Source: an uncultured delta proteobacterium
GTDB taxonomy: Bacteria; Myxococcota; Myxococcia; Myxococcales; Anaeromyxobacteraceae
Assembly (NCBI GenBank): GCA_963845515.1
Contig: CAWJSR010000019.1
Span: 23,558 to 87,557, forward strand
Direction: 5' to 3'
DNA: 64,000 nt
Part shown: one piece after another, positions 24,476-36,522 of the stretch
How the letters are laid out: each line of letters starts with the position of its first letter
How positions within the stretch are numbered: position 1 is the first letter of the stretch
Program-made: the position numbers and the translations under genes
Notes under the pieces: model-generated
Database searches by the model: none
Seen by the model: the letters and a program-made list of their open reading frames with translations, nothing else
What the model was told of the DNA's origin: nothing

Positions 24476-26073
24476 CGCTGCGCCGCGCCGCGCTCTCCCT
24501 CTGCGCGCTGGCTGCAGCCGGCGCCGGCTGCGCGGGGGGGCAGCGCCTCCCGGTGACCCTTCACCTCGAGACCCTGACGCCGGAAGAGGTCTTCGCGAGG
24601 GCTCCTGCCGCCGAGTGGCGGGAGCCGACCTTCGGCGATCCGGCCCAGGCGGCCGTCGAGGTCGAGTGCGGCGTGAGCCCGCGGCTCGCGGGGGGCGAGA
24701 TCTACGCCGCCGTCCGGGTGCGGGGGCGTGCGCCACGAGCGGCCATCGCGCCGCTCAACGTGTCGCTCGTGCTGGACCGCTCCGGCTCCATGCGGGGACG
24801 GCCCTTCCAGAACATGCTGCTCGCGGCGGAGGCCTTCGTCGGACGGCTCAGGGACGGCGACCGGCTCTCGGTCGTGGTCTTCTCGGACGGCGTCTTCGAG
24901 CCGGTCGCGCCGGTCGTCATCGACGCGTCGAGCCGGCAGGCGTCGGTCGCCGCGATCCGCGCGCTGGGGCATGGCGGGATGACCCACCTCTCGGCCGGCC
25001 TGCTCGCGGGGCTCTTCGACGTCTGGAGCCACATCGACGGCTGGCAGGTCAACCACGTCGTGCTGCTGAGCGACGGCCAGCCCAACCGCGGGATCACCGA
25101 CCGGACGCAGCTCGCGTCGCTCGCCGCGTCCGCGGCGGAGCGCGGCGTCGGCATCACGTCCGTCGGCTTCGGTCCGGAGCACGACGAGCTGCTGATGCAG
25201 GCCATCGCCGACGCCGGCGGCGGCAGCTACCACTACGTCGCGACCGCGGACGACATCCCGGCCGTCTTCCAGCGCGAGGCGGCCGACATGCTCGGCGTGG
25301 CGGCGCGGGACACCGTGGTGCAGGTCGCGCCGCCTCCCGGGTACTCGGTCGAGGACGTCCTCGGGCAGGACTACTACCTGGAGTCCGGCCGGCTGTGGGT
25401 GCGCCTGGGGGCGGTGCCGCACGATCAGGAGCGCTTCATCGTGCTCCGCCTGCGCGCCCTCCGTGCGGAGGCGCAGTCACTGCCGATCTCGGTCGTCGGC
25501 TCGGACATGGCTCAGCGGACGAGGTTCGGCGTGGCGTGCAAGCCGCGCTTGCGCGGCACCGGCGGCGGCGATGACCGCTGGGTGCTCGAGCTCGCCGGCC
25601 GCGCCGAGGCCGCCTGGGGCCTGAGCGAGGCGATGGGTTGGGTCGATCAGGGGACCGAGCCCCTCGCCATCGCGCAGCTCGCCCACACCCGCGGGCTCGT
25701 CGCGAGCATGGGCGACGTGCTCGGCACTTCAGCCCTCGCCGAGGACGACCGGACGCTCGAGGCGGCCCAGCTCCAGCTCGCCGCCCAGGTCGCCGCGGGC
25801 GCGGCGACGGCCGCCCGTGGGGGCGGGATCGGTGGCCTCATGGAGTTCGGCGCGCGGACGCTGGTGAAGAGCGCGGCGACCGCCGCGACCCAGGTCGCCT
25901 TCCGCCCGCTCGTGCGCGCGGGGCTCCAGGTCACCTGGTACGGCCGCCCGGCGACCTTCCTGTCGGCGCGAACGCAGCGGCAGTACACGACGCCGGCGGG
26001 CGACCGCAACCGGAAGCACAAGGCGGCGCGCTTCGACGCCTACCAGAAGCTGCGAGTCGGCCGGCGGCGCTGA
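24472..26073 (+). CDS. vWA domain lipoprotein
   Basis: AGAGC lipobox; LVLDRSGSM MIDAS, LLSDGQPN, GFG..DELLMQAIADAGGG; ATGA overlap with the regulator. Confidence 0.85.
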
Positions 26074-26118
26074 GCCCCGGTCACGTCTCCCTCGTCGCGG
26101 GAGGAACCCAGCCACCCC

Positions 26119-26745
26119 TCACCCCAGGAACGCGCGCGCCTCCTCGAAGATCCGCGCGTAAGACCGCTCCAGCCCGTGGCCGTCGTCGAGGACGACGAGC
26201 CCCGCGCTCGGCGTCTGCGCGACCCAGCGCTCGACGTCCGCGAGCGGGACCAGCTCGTCCTGCCGCCCGGCGATGACGAGCGTGGGGACGGCGACCGCCG
26301 GGTACGCTGGGAAGCGGCCGGCGTCCTCGACGAACGCGTAGTCGATCCGGCGCCGCGTCCCGGTCGCGTGGTGCTCCACCTCCAGGCCGTCGCGCTTCCA
26401 CTCCTCCAGCTGGCGAGGGCCGAGCCGTCCGGTCCAGCGCTCCACGAGGCCGAAGGCCGGCGCGAGGAGGACGAGCCGCTCGACGGTCGCGTCCTGCGCC
26501 GCCGTCAGGGCCGAGAGCCAGCCTCCCAGCGAGCTGCCGATGAGCGCGTGCGGCGGACTCGCGGGGTCGAGCAGCCCCCGGACGACGGCGAGCATCGACG
26601 TGGGCGTCGAGCGCTCGAACCCGAGCGGGCCAGGCGTGAGGTCGGCGGCGACGAGCTCCCTGCCGATCGCGGCGAAGCGCCCGGCGAGGTCGACCGCCTT
26701 GGCCGAGCCGGGGCCCGAGGCGAAGCCGTGGAGGTAGAGGATCAC
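26119..26745 (-). CDS. YqiA/YcfP-family alpha/beta hydrolase (esterase)
   Basis: LYLHGFASGPGS, GSSLGG nucleophile elbow, DELVP, DDGH. Confidence 0.9.
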   Translation of the reverse strand: MILYLHGFASGPGSAKAVDLAGRFAAIGRELVAADLTPGPLGFERSTPTSMLAVVRGLLDPASPPHALIGSSLGGWLSALTAAQDATVERLVLLAPAFGLVERWTGRLGPRQLEEWKRDGLEVEHHATGTRRRIDYAFVEDAGRFPAYPAVAVPTLVIAGRQDELVPLADVERWVAQTPSAGLVVLDDGHGLERSYARIFEEARAFLG

Positions 26746-28055
26746 CTTCCGAGCTTCTCCCGAAGCGCCTTCCAGCGCTCTCCCAGCGCCTTCTCCAGCC
26801 CGTTCTCGGAGAGCTTGACGATCCGCTCCCCGCGCAGCGCGTCGGGCAGGTACTCCTCGACGACGTAGCTGCCCTCGAAGTCGTGCGGGTACTTGTAGCC
26901 GCCGCCGTAGCCCATCCCCTTCATCATGCTGGTCGGGGCGTTGCGGAGCTTGAGCGGCACGGGGAGCGGCCCGCGCTCTCCGACGAGGCGGCGCGCGTTG
27001 GCGTAGGCGGTCAGCGCGGCGTTCGACTTGGGCGCGAGCGCCAGGTAGATGGCCGCCTGGGACATCGGCAGGACCGCCTCCGGCAGCCCCACCAGCTCCA
27101 GCGCCTGGAGGGCCGCCACCGCCACCTGGAGCGCCCCGGGGTCGGCGTTGCCCACGTCCTCGCTCGCGAAGATGACCATCCGGCGGAGGACGAAGCGCGG
27201 CTCCTCGCCGCCCTCCAGCATCCGGACCATGTAGTAGACCGCGGCGTCCGGATTGCTGCCGCGCAGCGACTTGATGAAGGCGGAGACGACGTTGTAGTGC
27301 TCCTCGCCCGCCTTGTCGTAGAGGAGCGTCTTCTGCTGCAGTGCGTCCTCGGCGTCGGCCCGCTCGATCGACGTGCGGCCGGCGAGCTTCACCGCCGCCG
27401 CGGCGACCTCCACGGCGTTGAGCGCGCGGCGGCCGTCGCCGTAGGCGTAGCGCGCGAGCGCCTCGCGCGCCTCGGCGGAGAGCGACACCTCGCCCTTCAG
27501 CCCGCTCGGTGCCGAGACGGCCCGGTCGAGCATCGCGCCGACCTCCTCCTCAGTGAGCGCGCGGAGCGTCACCACGCGGCAGCGTGAGAGGAGCGCGGCG
27601 TTCACCTCGAAGGACGGGTTCTCGGTCGTGGCGCCGATGAGCGTGATGGTGCCGTCCTCGACGTGCGGCAGGAACGCGTCCTGCTGCGCGCGCGTGAAGC
27701 GGTGGATCTCGTCGACGAAGAGGATCGTCCTCTTGCGGTGCATCCGGCGCCGATCCTTCGCGGCCGCGACGATCTCGCGGATCTCCTTCACGCCGCCGAG
27801 CACCGCGCTGAAGGCGACGAACTCGGAGCCGGTCCGCCGGGCGACGAGCCGGGCGAGCGTCGTCTTGCCGGTCCCTGGCGGGCCCCACAGGAGGAGCGAC
27901 CCGACCTGGTCCGCCTCGATCGCGCGCCGCAGCGCAGTCCCCGGGCCGAGGACGTGCTCCTGCCCCACGAAGTCCTCGAGGGAGCGGGGGCGCATCCGCT
28001 CCGCGAGCGGCTTGCTAGAGTCGTCCTGCTCGACTGCGCGATCGAAGAGGTCCAC
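26742..28055 (-). CDS. rarA: Replication-associated recombination protein A (MgsA/RarA)
   Basis: PLAERMRP, WGPPGTGKTT, LFVDEIHRF, GATTENPSFEVN, SAFIKSLRGSNPDAA. Confidence 0.97.
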   Translation of the reverse strand: MDLFDRAVEQDDSSKPLAERMRPRSLEDFVGQEHVLGPGTALRRAIEADQVGSLLLWGPPGTGKTTLARLVARRTGSEFVAFSAVLGGVKEIREIVAAAKDRRRMHRKRTILFVDEIHRFTRAQQDAFLPHVEDGTITLIGATTENPSFEVNAALLSRCRVVTLRALTEEEVGAMLDRAVSAPSGLKGEVSLSAEAREALARYAYGDGRRALNAVEVAAAAVKLAGRTSIERADAEDALQQKTLLYDKAGEEHYNVVSAFIKSLRGSNPDAAVYYMVRMLEGGEEPRFVLRRMVIFASEDVGNADPGALQVAVAALQALELVGLPEAVLPMSQAAIYLALAPKSNAALTAYANARRLVGERGPLPVPLKLRNAPTSMMKGMGYGGGYKYPHDFEGSYVVEEYLPDALRGERIVKLSENGLEKALGERWKALREKLGR

Positions 28056-28078
28056 GGAGTCGGTATAGTAGCCTCTCC

Positions 28079-28918
28079 ATGGCCAGCCAACCCTGCCCGG
28101 TTCCGAGGCGCGTCGGGATCGTCCACAAGAAGAAGAGCGCCGAGGCGGCCGAGACGGTGCCGTACGTCGAGCAGTTCCTGAAGCAGAAGGGGCTCGAGGT
28201 GCTCACCGACGAGCCCGGGATCGGCGCCGGCGCCGACCTGGTGGTCGTGCTCGGCGGCGACGGCACCTTGATCCACGCGGCCTCCCTCCTGCACGGCCGC
28301 CCCGCCCCGATCATGGGGATCAACATGGGGAGCCTCGGCTTCATGACCGAGGTGCCGCAGAGCGAGATGTACCCGGTCCTCGATCACATCCTCGCCGGGA
28401 AGGCGACGATGTCGCGGCGGTTCAAGCTCCACGTCCACCTGCACCGGGTGGGCGCCGAGTCCCCGGTGCTGGACGGTGAGGTGCTGAACGACGTCGTCAT
28501 CCACAAGGACGCCCTCGCGCCGATGTGCGAGCTCGACACGCGCATGTCGGGCGCCTACGTGACCACCTACAAGGCGGACGGCATCATCATCGCGACCCCG
28601 ACCGGCTCGACCGCGTATTCGCTCGCGGCCAATGGGCCAATCCTGCTGCCGACGATGCGGGGGCTGATCGTGGCGCCCGTCTGCCCGCACACGCTCACGC
28701 AACGGCCGCTGGTGCTGCCGGACGACGAGGACATCGAGATCTTCCTGATCAACGACAGCCAGGTGTTCCTGTCGCTGGACGGCCAGAAGGGGCTCCCGCT
28801 GGAGCGCGGGGACCGGGTGCAGGTGAAGCAGTCGGCCAACCAGGTCCTGCTCGTGAACAACCCCAACATCGACTTCTTCGGCATCCTCCGGAAGAAGCTG
28901 CGGTGGGGGGAACGGTAG
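28079..28918 (+). CDS. nadK: NAD(+)/NADH kinase
   Basis: LGGDGT, GINMGSLGF, LND, DGIIIATPTGSTAYSLAANGP, KLRWG. Confidence 0.97.
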   Translation: MASQPCPVPRRVGIVHKKKSAEAAETVPYVEQFLKQKGLEVLTDEPGIGAGADLVVVLGGDGTLIHAASLLHGRPAPIMGINMGSLGFMTEVPQSEMYPVLDHILAGKATMSRRFKLHVHLHRVGAESPVLDGEVLNDVVIHKDALAPMCELDTRMSGAYVTTYKADGIIIATPTGSTAYSLAANGPILLPTMRGLIVAPVCPHTLTQRPLVLPDDEDIEIFLINDSQVFLSLDGQKGLPLERGDRVQVKQSANQVLLVNNPNIDFFGILRKKLRWGER

Positions 28919-28954
28919 GGGCGATGGAGAGGCGCCCCACGTCGCCGCCGCGCC

Positions 28955-29230
28955 CTACCGCTCCTCCCGCGAATGCCACACGCGCAGGACGATGAGGTCG
29001 GAGCCCGTCACCTCGTACCGGAGCTCGTAGCCCGCGACGATCAGGCGGCGGACCTCTCGCGGTTCGTAGCGCTCCAGCTTCTCGCCGATCCGAGGCAGCT
29101 CCGCGAGCCGGCCGCCGGCCCGGACGAGCGCCTGGATCGCGGCCGTCGCGGCGCGGCCGTCCGCTGGAGCCAGGAACTCGTGGAGGCGGGCGAGGTCTTC
29201 GGCGGCCTTCTCGGTCCAGGTGACCTTCAC
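28955..29230 (-). CDS. RelE/ParE family toxin
   Basis: 91 aa, VTWTEKAAEDL...LPRIGE...YELRYEV...VLRVWHSRE; overlaps the antitoxin stop. Confidence 0.88.
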   Translation of the reverse strand: MKVTWTEKAAEDLARLHEFLAPADGRAATAAIQALVRAGGRLAELPRIGEKLERYEPREVRRLIVAGYELRYEVTGSDLIVLRVWHSREER

Positions 29231-29490
29231 CGGCGAGGCGCCTTCCGAGGACGTCTCGCCGTGGGCTGCTCCGCCCAGGCGGCGACTGCCTCGTGCGCAA
29301 CGACCCGGCCAGCGTCCACGTCCGCGAGCGCCTCCAGCGTTAGCTGGTGGCGCCGCTCCTCCTCGTCGATCCAGGCCGCGAGCGCCTGCTTCACGATCCA
29401 GCCGCGTGAGCGCTCGGTGCGGGCGGCCAGCTCGTCCACCTTCTTCGCCAGCGCGAGGGGGACGTGTGCGGTCAGGACCTTGGTGGTCAT
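29227..29490 (-). CDS. CopG/RHH antitoxin
   Basis: KVLTAHVPLALAKKVDELAARTERSRGWIVKQAL ribbon-helix-helix; ADVDAGRVV; AGGAG RBS. Confidence 0.88.
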   Translation of the reverse strand: MTTKVLTAHVPLALAKKVDELAARTERSRGWIVKQALAAWIDEEERRHQLTLEALADVDAGRVVAHEAVAAWAEQPTARRPRKAPRR

Positions 29491-29519
29491 CGGCGCTCCT
29501 TCAGGGTGAGTCAGTTCCA

Positions 29520-29548
29520 ATCGTAGTGATTGAAGAGTAATCATGCAA
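29520..29548 (-). promoter_or_regulatory. TA operon promoter with embedded inverted-repeat operator
   Basis: Minus strand TTGCAT-17 nt-TACGAT; TGATT-N7-AATCA inverted repeat at 29527-29543 lies in the spacer. Confidence 0.65.
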
Positions 29549-29590
29549 CGCACGTGAGTATCTTAAAGTGGCGCCTTACATTCATGAGCG

Positions 29591-29775
29591 ATGAGCTCCG
29601 TCCCACGCGCCCTCGAGCCCGAGCTGCACCGCGCCGCGCGCGCGTTTCCGGCGTTCGTCCTCACCGGACCCGGCGTGGTGGTCGCCGGGTTCTGCGCGAC
29701 GGCGAAGGGCTGCTCCTACTTCCCGTTCAGCGGGTCGACGCTCCGGACGCTCGCGGACGATCTCGATGCGCGTCG
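29591..29775 (+). pseudogene. Chimeric remnant: AAA/DUF4143-type ATPase N-terminus joined to a DUF1801-like fragment
   Basis: VPRALEPELHRAARAFPAFVLTGP stops at the start of a Walker A; VVAGFCATAKGCSYFPFSGSTL resembles DUF1801/YdhG. Confidence 0.45.
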
Positions 29776-29799
29776 CAGAGAAGAGCTGAACACACCCAC

Positions 29800-29819
29800 C
29801 ACTGAAAACTTGCGCAGTG
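29800..29819. promoter_or_regulatory. Candidate LexA (SOS) box upstream of recN
   Basis: CACTG-AAAACTTGCG-CAGTG, a CTG-N10-CAG palindrome 26 nt before the recN ATG. Confidence 0.5.
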
Positions 29820-29845
29820 TCAGGGGGCGGTGCAAGACTCGCTGC

Positions 29846-31639
29846 ATGCTCACCCTCCTGCGTATCGGCGGCTTCGCGATCGTCGACCAGGTCGAGGTCC
29901 GCTTCGGCCCCGGCCTGAACGTCCTCACCGGTGAGACCGGCGCCGGCAAGTCGCTGCTGGTCAACGCGCTGCACCTGGTCCTTGGCGGCCGCATGAGCGC
30001 CGACGTGCTGCGCGACGGCGCCGAGGAGGCGGTCGTCGAGGCCCTGTTCGAGCTGCCCGCGAACCACCCGGTCTTCGCGCGGCTCGAGGCGGCCGGCGTT
30101 CCGCCGCCCGCGGGTGGCGAGACGGCGGAGCTGCTCGTCCGCCGCGTCGCTGCGCGGGGCGGGAAGGGGCGCGCCTTCGTCAACGGCGTCCTCTGTACCG
30201 TCTCGATGCTGGAGCAGGCCCTCCGGGGGGTCGTCGACGTCACCGGCCAGCACGAGCACGTCTCGCTCCTCGACGCTTCGACCCACCTCGACCTCGTGGA
30301 CGCCTTCGCCGGGACTGACCAGCCGGATGGCGATCGCCCAGCGCTCCTCGGGCGCTACCGTGCCGCCTTCGGTGCCCTCGCGGCGCTCCTCCGTGAGCGG
30401 GACGTGCTCCGGATCGACGCAGGCGAGCGGGCCCGTCGCGCCGACTACCTCGCGTTCCAGCTCCGGGAGCTCGACACCGTCGACCCGGGGCCGGGGGAGG
30501 ACGCCGCCCTCGAGGGCGAGCGGCGCGTGCTCGCCAGCGCCGAGAAGCTGCGGGAGGCGGCGCGCGCGGCCGAGGGACACGTCTACGGTGAGGAGGGGAG
30601 CGCGGGCGAGCGCGTTGGGCTGGCGCTCCGCGCCATCGTCGACGCCGTGCTGCTGGATCCCCGGCTTGAAGGCCCTGCGGCGCTCCTCCGCTCCGCGGCG
30701 GCCGAGATCGACGAGGCGGGGCGCGAGCTCTCCCGCTACGCAGACGGCCTGGGCGGTGACCCCGAGCGACTCCAGTCCGTCCTGGATCGGCTGGACGCGC
30801 TCAAGGCCATCGCCCGCAAGCACGGCGGTTCCCTGGAGTCGGCCGTCGATGCCCGGGCCAGCATGACCGCCGAGCTGGCCGCGCTCCAGGGCGGGGGCGA
30901 GCGGCTGGAGTCGCTGGCGACCGAGATCGCGGCCGCCTCGGCCGCTGCGATCGCCCTGGCGCGCGAGCTGACGAAGGCCCGCGCCGCAGCCGCAAAGCGG
31001 TTCGCCGCAGGGGTGGCGGGTGAGCTCACGGGGCTCGCGATGGGGCGCTGTCGGCTGGAGGTGGCCTTCACGACACCGGACGGAGCCGTCGAGGTGGACG
31101 GCGCGCGGCTCGCGGCCGGAGGGGCGGAGCGCGCCGAGCTGCTCATCGCCCCGAACCCCGGCGAATCCCCCCGCCCGCTCGCCAGGATCGCGTCCGGGGG
31201 TGAGCTCTCTCGCGTCCTGCTCGCGGTGAAGCGTGTGATCGCGCGCCGCGACCCCGTCAGCACCTATGTGTTCGACGAGGTGGACAGCGGTATCGGTGGG
31301 GCCGTGGCCGAGGCCATGGGGCGGACGCTCGCCGACGTCGCCCAGGGGCGCCAGGTGATCTGCGTCACGCACCTGCCGCAGGTGGCGGCCTTCGCCGAGC
31401 GACACCACCGGGTCGAGAAGCGGGTGACCGACGGTCGGACCAGCGCCGAGGTCATTCCGCTGTCGGAAGGGGAGCGCCGCGGCGAGCTGGCAAGAATGCT
31501 GGCGGGGGCCACGGTGACCGCTTCGGCGCTGGAGCACGCGGGGTCGCTCATCGACGCCGCGCGCGCGCCCGCTCCCTCGGGCGCACGCCGCACCGCGCCA
31601 AGCCGCGCGGCAGCGCGCAGAACCATCGCTGCAAGTTGA
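29846..31639 (+). CDS. recN: DNA repair protein RecN
   Basis: LNVLTGETGAGKS, DVTGQHEH, ASGGELSR, VFDEVDSGIGG, ICVTHLPQVAA. Confidence 0.97.
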   Translation: MLTLLRIGGFAIVDQVEVRFGPGLNVLTGETGAGKSLLVNALHLVLGGRMSADVLRDGAEEAVVEALFELPANHPVFARLEAAGVPPPAGGETAELLVRRVAARGGKGRAFVNGVLCTVSMLEQALRGVVDVTGQHEHVSLLDASTHLDLVDAFAGTDQPDGDRPALLGRYRAAFGALAALLRERDVLRIDAGERARRADYLAFQLRELDTVDPGPGEDAALEGERRVLASAEKLREAARAAEGHVYGEEGSAGERVGLALRAIVDAVLLDPRLEGPAALLRSAAAEIDEAGRELSRYADGLGGDPERLQSVLDRLDALKAIARKHGGSLESAVDARASMTAELAALQGGGERLESLATEIAAASAAAIALARELTKARAAAAKRFAAGVAGELTGLAMGRCRLEVAFTTPDGAVEVDGARLAAGGAERAELLIAPNPGESPRPLARIASGGELSRVLLAVKRVIARRDPVSTYVFDEVDSGIGGAVAEAMGRTLADVAQGRQVICVTHLPQVAAFAERHHRVEKRVTDGRTSAEVIPLSEGERRGELARMLAGATVTASALEHAGSLIDAARAPAPSGARRTAPSRAAARRTIAAS

Positions 31640-31650
31640 CCAAGCTTTCG

Positions 31651-31680
31651 TTGACCCTTGGAGGACCGCGAGGTTAGGCT
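31651..31680 (+). promoter_or_regulatory. Putative sigma70 promoter, near-leaderless PP2C transcript
   Basis: TTGACC-18 nt-TAGGCT, 8 nt before the GTG. Confidence 0.45.
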
Positions 31681-31688
31681 GCGCCACC

Positions 31689-32513
31689 GTGGCGGGCAGT
31701 GGGGCTTTCCAGATCTCGGCGCATGGCGTCAGTGACGTCGGGATGCGGCGCGACCACAACGAGGACTCGTTCCTCGTCGATCTCGATCTTGGCCTCCTGG
31801 TGGTGGCAGACGGGATGGGCGGCCACGCCGGCGGCGAGCACGCCTCCAGGCTCGCCGTGGAGACCATCCAGCGCGAGGTCCGCGCCGCACGCGAGTCGAA
31901 GGGCGGCGCCTTCGAGCGGCCGAGCACCATCGAGGACAGCCCGCTGCCTGACGTGATGCGGCACGCCGTCGAGGCTGCCAGCGCCGCGATCTTCGAGGCG
32001 GCCCAGGAAGACCCGGAGCTGACGGGGATGGGGACGACGGTCACCGCCGCCCTCATGGACGGCAGCCACGCCTTCGTCGCACACGTCGGGGACAGCCGCT
32101 GCTACCTCCTGCGCGAGGAGAAGATCTACCAGGTCTCCGAGGACCACTCGCTCGTCAACGAGCAGATCAAGGCGGGCGCGATCAGCCCCGAGGAGGCGCG
32201 CACCAGCCGGTTCAAGAACATCATCACGCGGTCGGTCGGCTTCGAGCGGACGGTGGCGGTCGATCTCATGGGGATAGAGCTCCAGGAGGGCGACCGCTTC
32301 GTGGTCTGCTGCGACGGCCTCTCGAACATGGTCGAGGACGGCGAGATCCTCTCGATCGCCGACTCGGCCCCGCTCGTCGAGGCGGCCGAGCGGCTCGTGG
32401 CGCTCGCCAACGAGCGCGGCGGAGACGACAACATCACCGTCATCCTGGCCCGCGTGGAGGCGCCGCGTCAGTCCGCCGCGGAGGGGCCCCCGGCTACGCC
32501 CGCGAGTGAATAG
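31689..32513 (+). CDS. PP2C-family Ser/Thr protein phosphatase
   Basis: SDVGMRRDHNED, VADGMGGH, GMGTT, HVGDSRCY, CCDGL, GGDDNIT. Confidence 0.96.
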   Translation: MAGSGAFQISAHGVSDVGMRRDHNEDSFLVDLDLGLLVVADGMGGHAGGEHASRLAVETIQREVRAARESKGGAFERPSTIEDSPLPDVMRHAVEAASAAIFEAAQEDPELTGMGTTVTAALMDGSHAFVAHVGDSRCYLLREEKIYQVSEDHSLVNEQIKAGAISPEEARTSRFKNIITRSVGFERTVAVDLMGIELQEGDRFVVCCDGLSNMVEDGEILSIADSAPLVEAAERLVALANERGGDDNITVILARVEAPRQSAAEGPPATPASE

Positions 32514-32667
32514 TCCTTTGGGGTCATAGAGGCAGAAATGCCTTTCTTGACAGGGACTCCCGCGGTCTAGTATCGGGGGAGCTTGATTACCCGGGGGTCC
32601 CGGGGCGCGGTGCGGCATGACGCCGTTCGCGGTCGGACTCCAGGGGCTTCTCAGACACGGGAACGGG

Positions 32668-33588
32668 ATGGCGACGCCTCCGAAGTCGCAGGTCTTCACG
32701 TTGATAGTGGTCAGCGACCACTCGCAGGCGGTCCGGAAGTTCCGGCTACCGCGGCGGTGGCTCATGAACGGCGGCTACGCGGCCGCCGCGGTGGCGCTGA
32801 TCGGCCTCGTCTCGCTCGTTCATTACTTCACGCTCCTCGGCGCCTCCGGCGAGAACATGGTGCTCAAGGAGGAGAACAACCAGCTCCGGGCGCAGATGCA
32901 GCTCGTCCAGGAGAAGGTCGCCCACATCACCGCGACGCTCGACCGGGTGGAGCGCTTCGACGCGAAGCTCCGCACGGCGGTCTCGCAGCTCCAGGACCCG
33001 GAGCGGAACCTCGCCATCGGCCCCGTCGGCGCTCCGGATCCGGACGTCTCGTCCGTCCCGGGCCCTGCGCCCGCGGCCCAGGCTCCGCTGACGGCCCTGC
33101 CGGGCCGGCTCAGGTCCCTCGAGGGTGACGCCACCCGGCAGGAGGCGAGCCTGCGCCAGCTCCAGGAGTACTTCGACGACCAGCAGGCGCTCCTCGCCTC
33201 CACGCCGACGATCTGGCCGGTGCACGGCTGGACGACCAGCGAGTTCGGCGTGCGGACCGACCCGTGGGCCGGCGACCGCTCGATGCACGAGGGGCTCGAC
33301 ATCGCCTCGCCGCACGGACAGCCCGTGGCGGCCCCCTCGGGCGGCACGGTCGTCTTCGTCGGCACGGAGGGCGGCTACGGCAAGGTGCTGGTGATCGACC
33401 ACGGCTACGGCGTGAAGACCCGCTTCGGCCACCTCTCGGAGATCTTCGTCCACCTCGGCGATCGCGTCGAGCGCGGCGGGAAGGTGGCGGCGGTGGGGAA
33501 CACCGGTCGGTCGACGGGCCCGCACCTCCACTACGAGGTGCGTCTCAACGGAATCCCGCAGAACCCCCGCAAGTTCATCCTCGAGTGA
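32668..33588 (+). CDS. M23 family metallopeptidase with TM and coiled coil
   Basis: HEGLD, GYGKVLVIDHG, TRFGHL, GNTGRSTGPHLHYEV. Confidence 0.93.
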   Translation: MATPPKSQVFTLIVVSDHSQAVRKFRLPRRWLMNGGYAAAAVALIGLVSLVHYFTLLGASGENMVLKEENNQLRAQMQLVQEKVAHITATLDRVERFDAKLRTAVSQLQDPERNLAIGPVGAPDPDVSSVPGPAPAAQAPLTALPGRLRSLEGDATRQEASLRQLQEYFDDQQALLASTPTIWPVHGWTTSEFGVRTDPWAGDRSMHEGLDIASPHGQPVAAPSGGTVVFVGTEGGYGKVLVIDHGYGVKTRFGHLSEIFVHLGDRVERGGKVAAVGNTGRSTGPHLHYEVRLNGIPQNPRKFILE

Positions 33589-33687
33589 CGCGCCCGCTCG
33601 CCGCGGCCTCCGCGGCTTGCACACGCGGCGTCGCGCACCACGAGGTCGCCTCGGCACCGCCCACCGGCGCGGTCGAGGGAGGTTCCC

Positions 33688-36519
<2,832 letters not shown>

Positions 36520-36522
36520 CCC

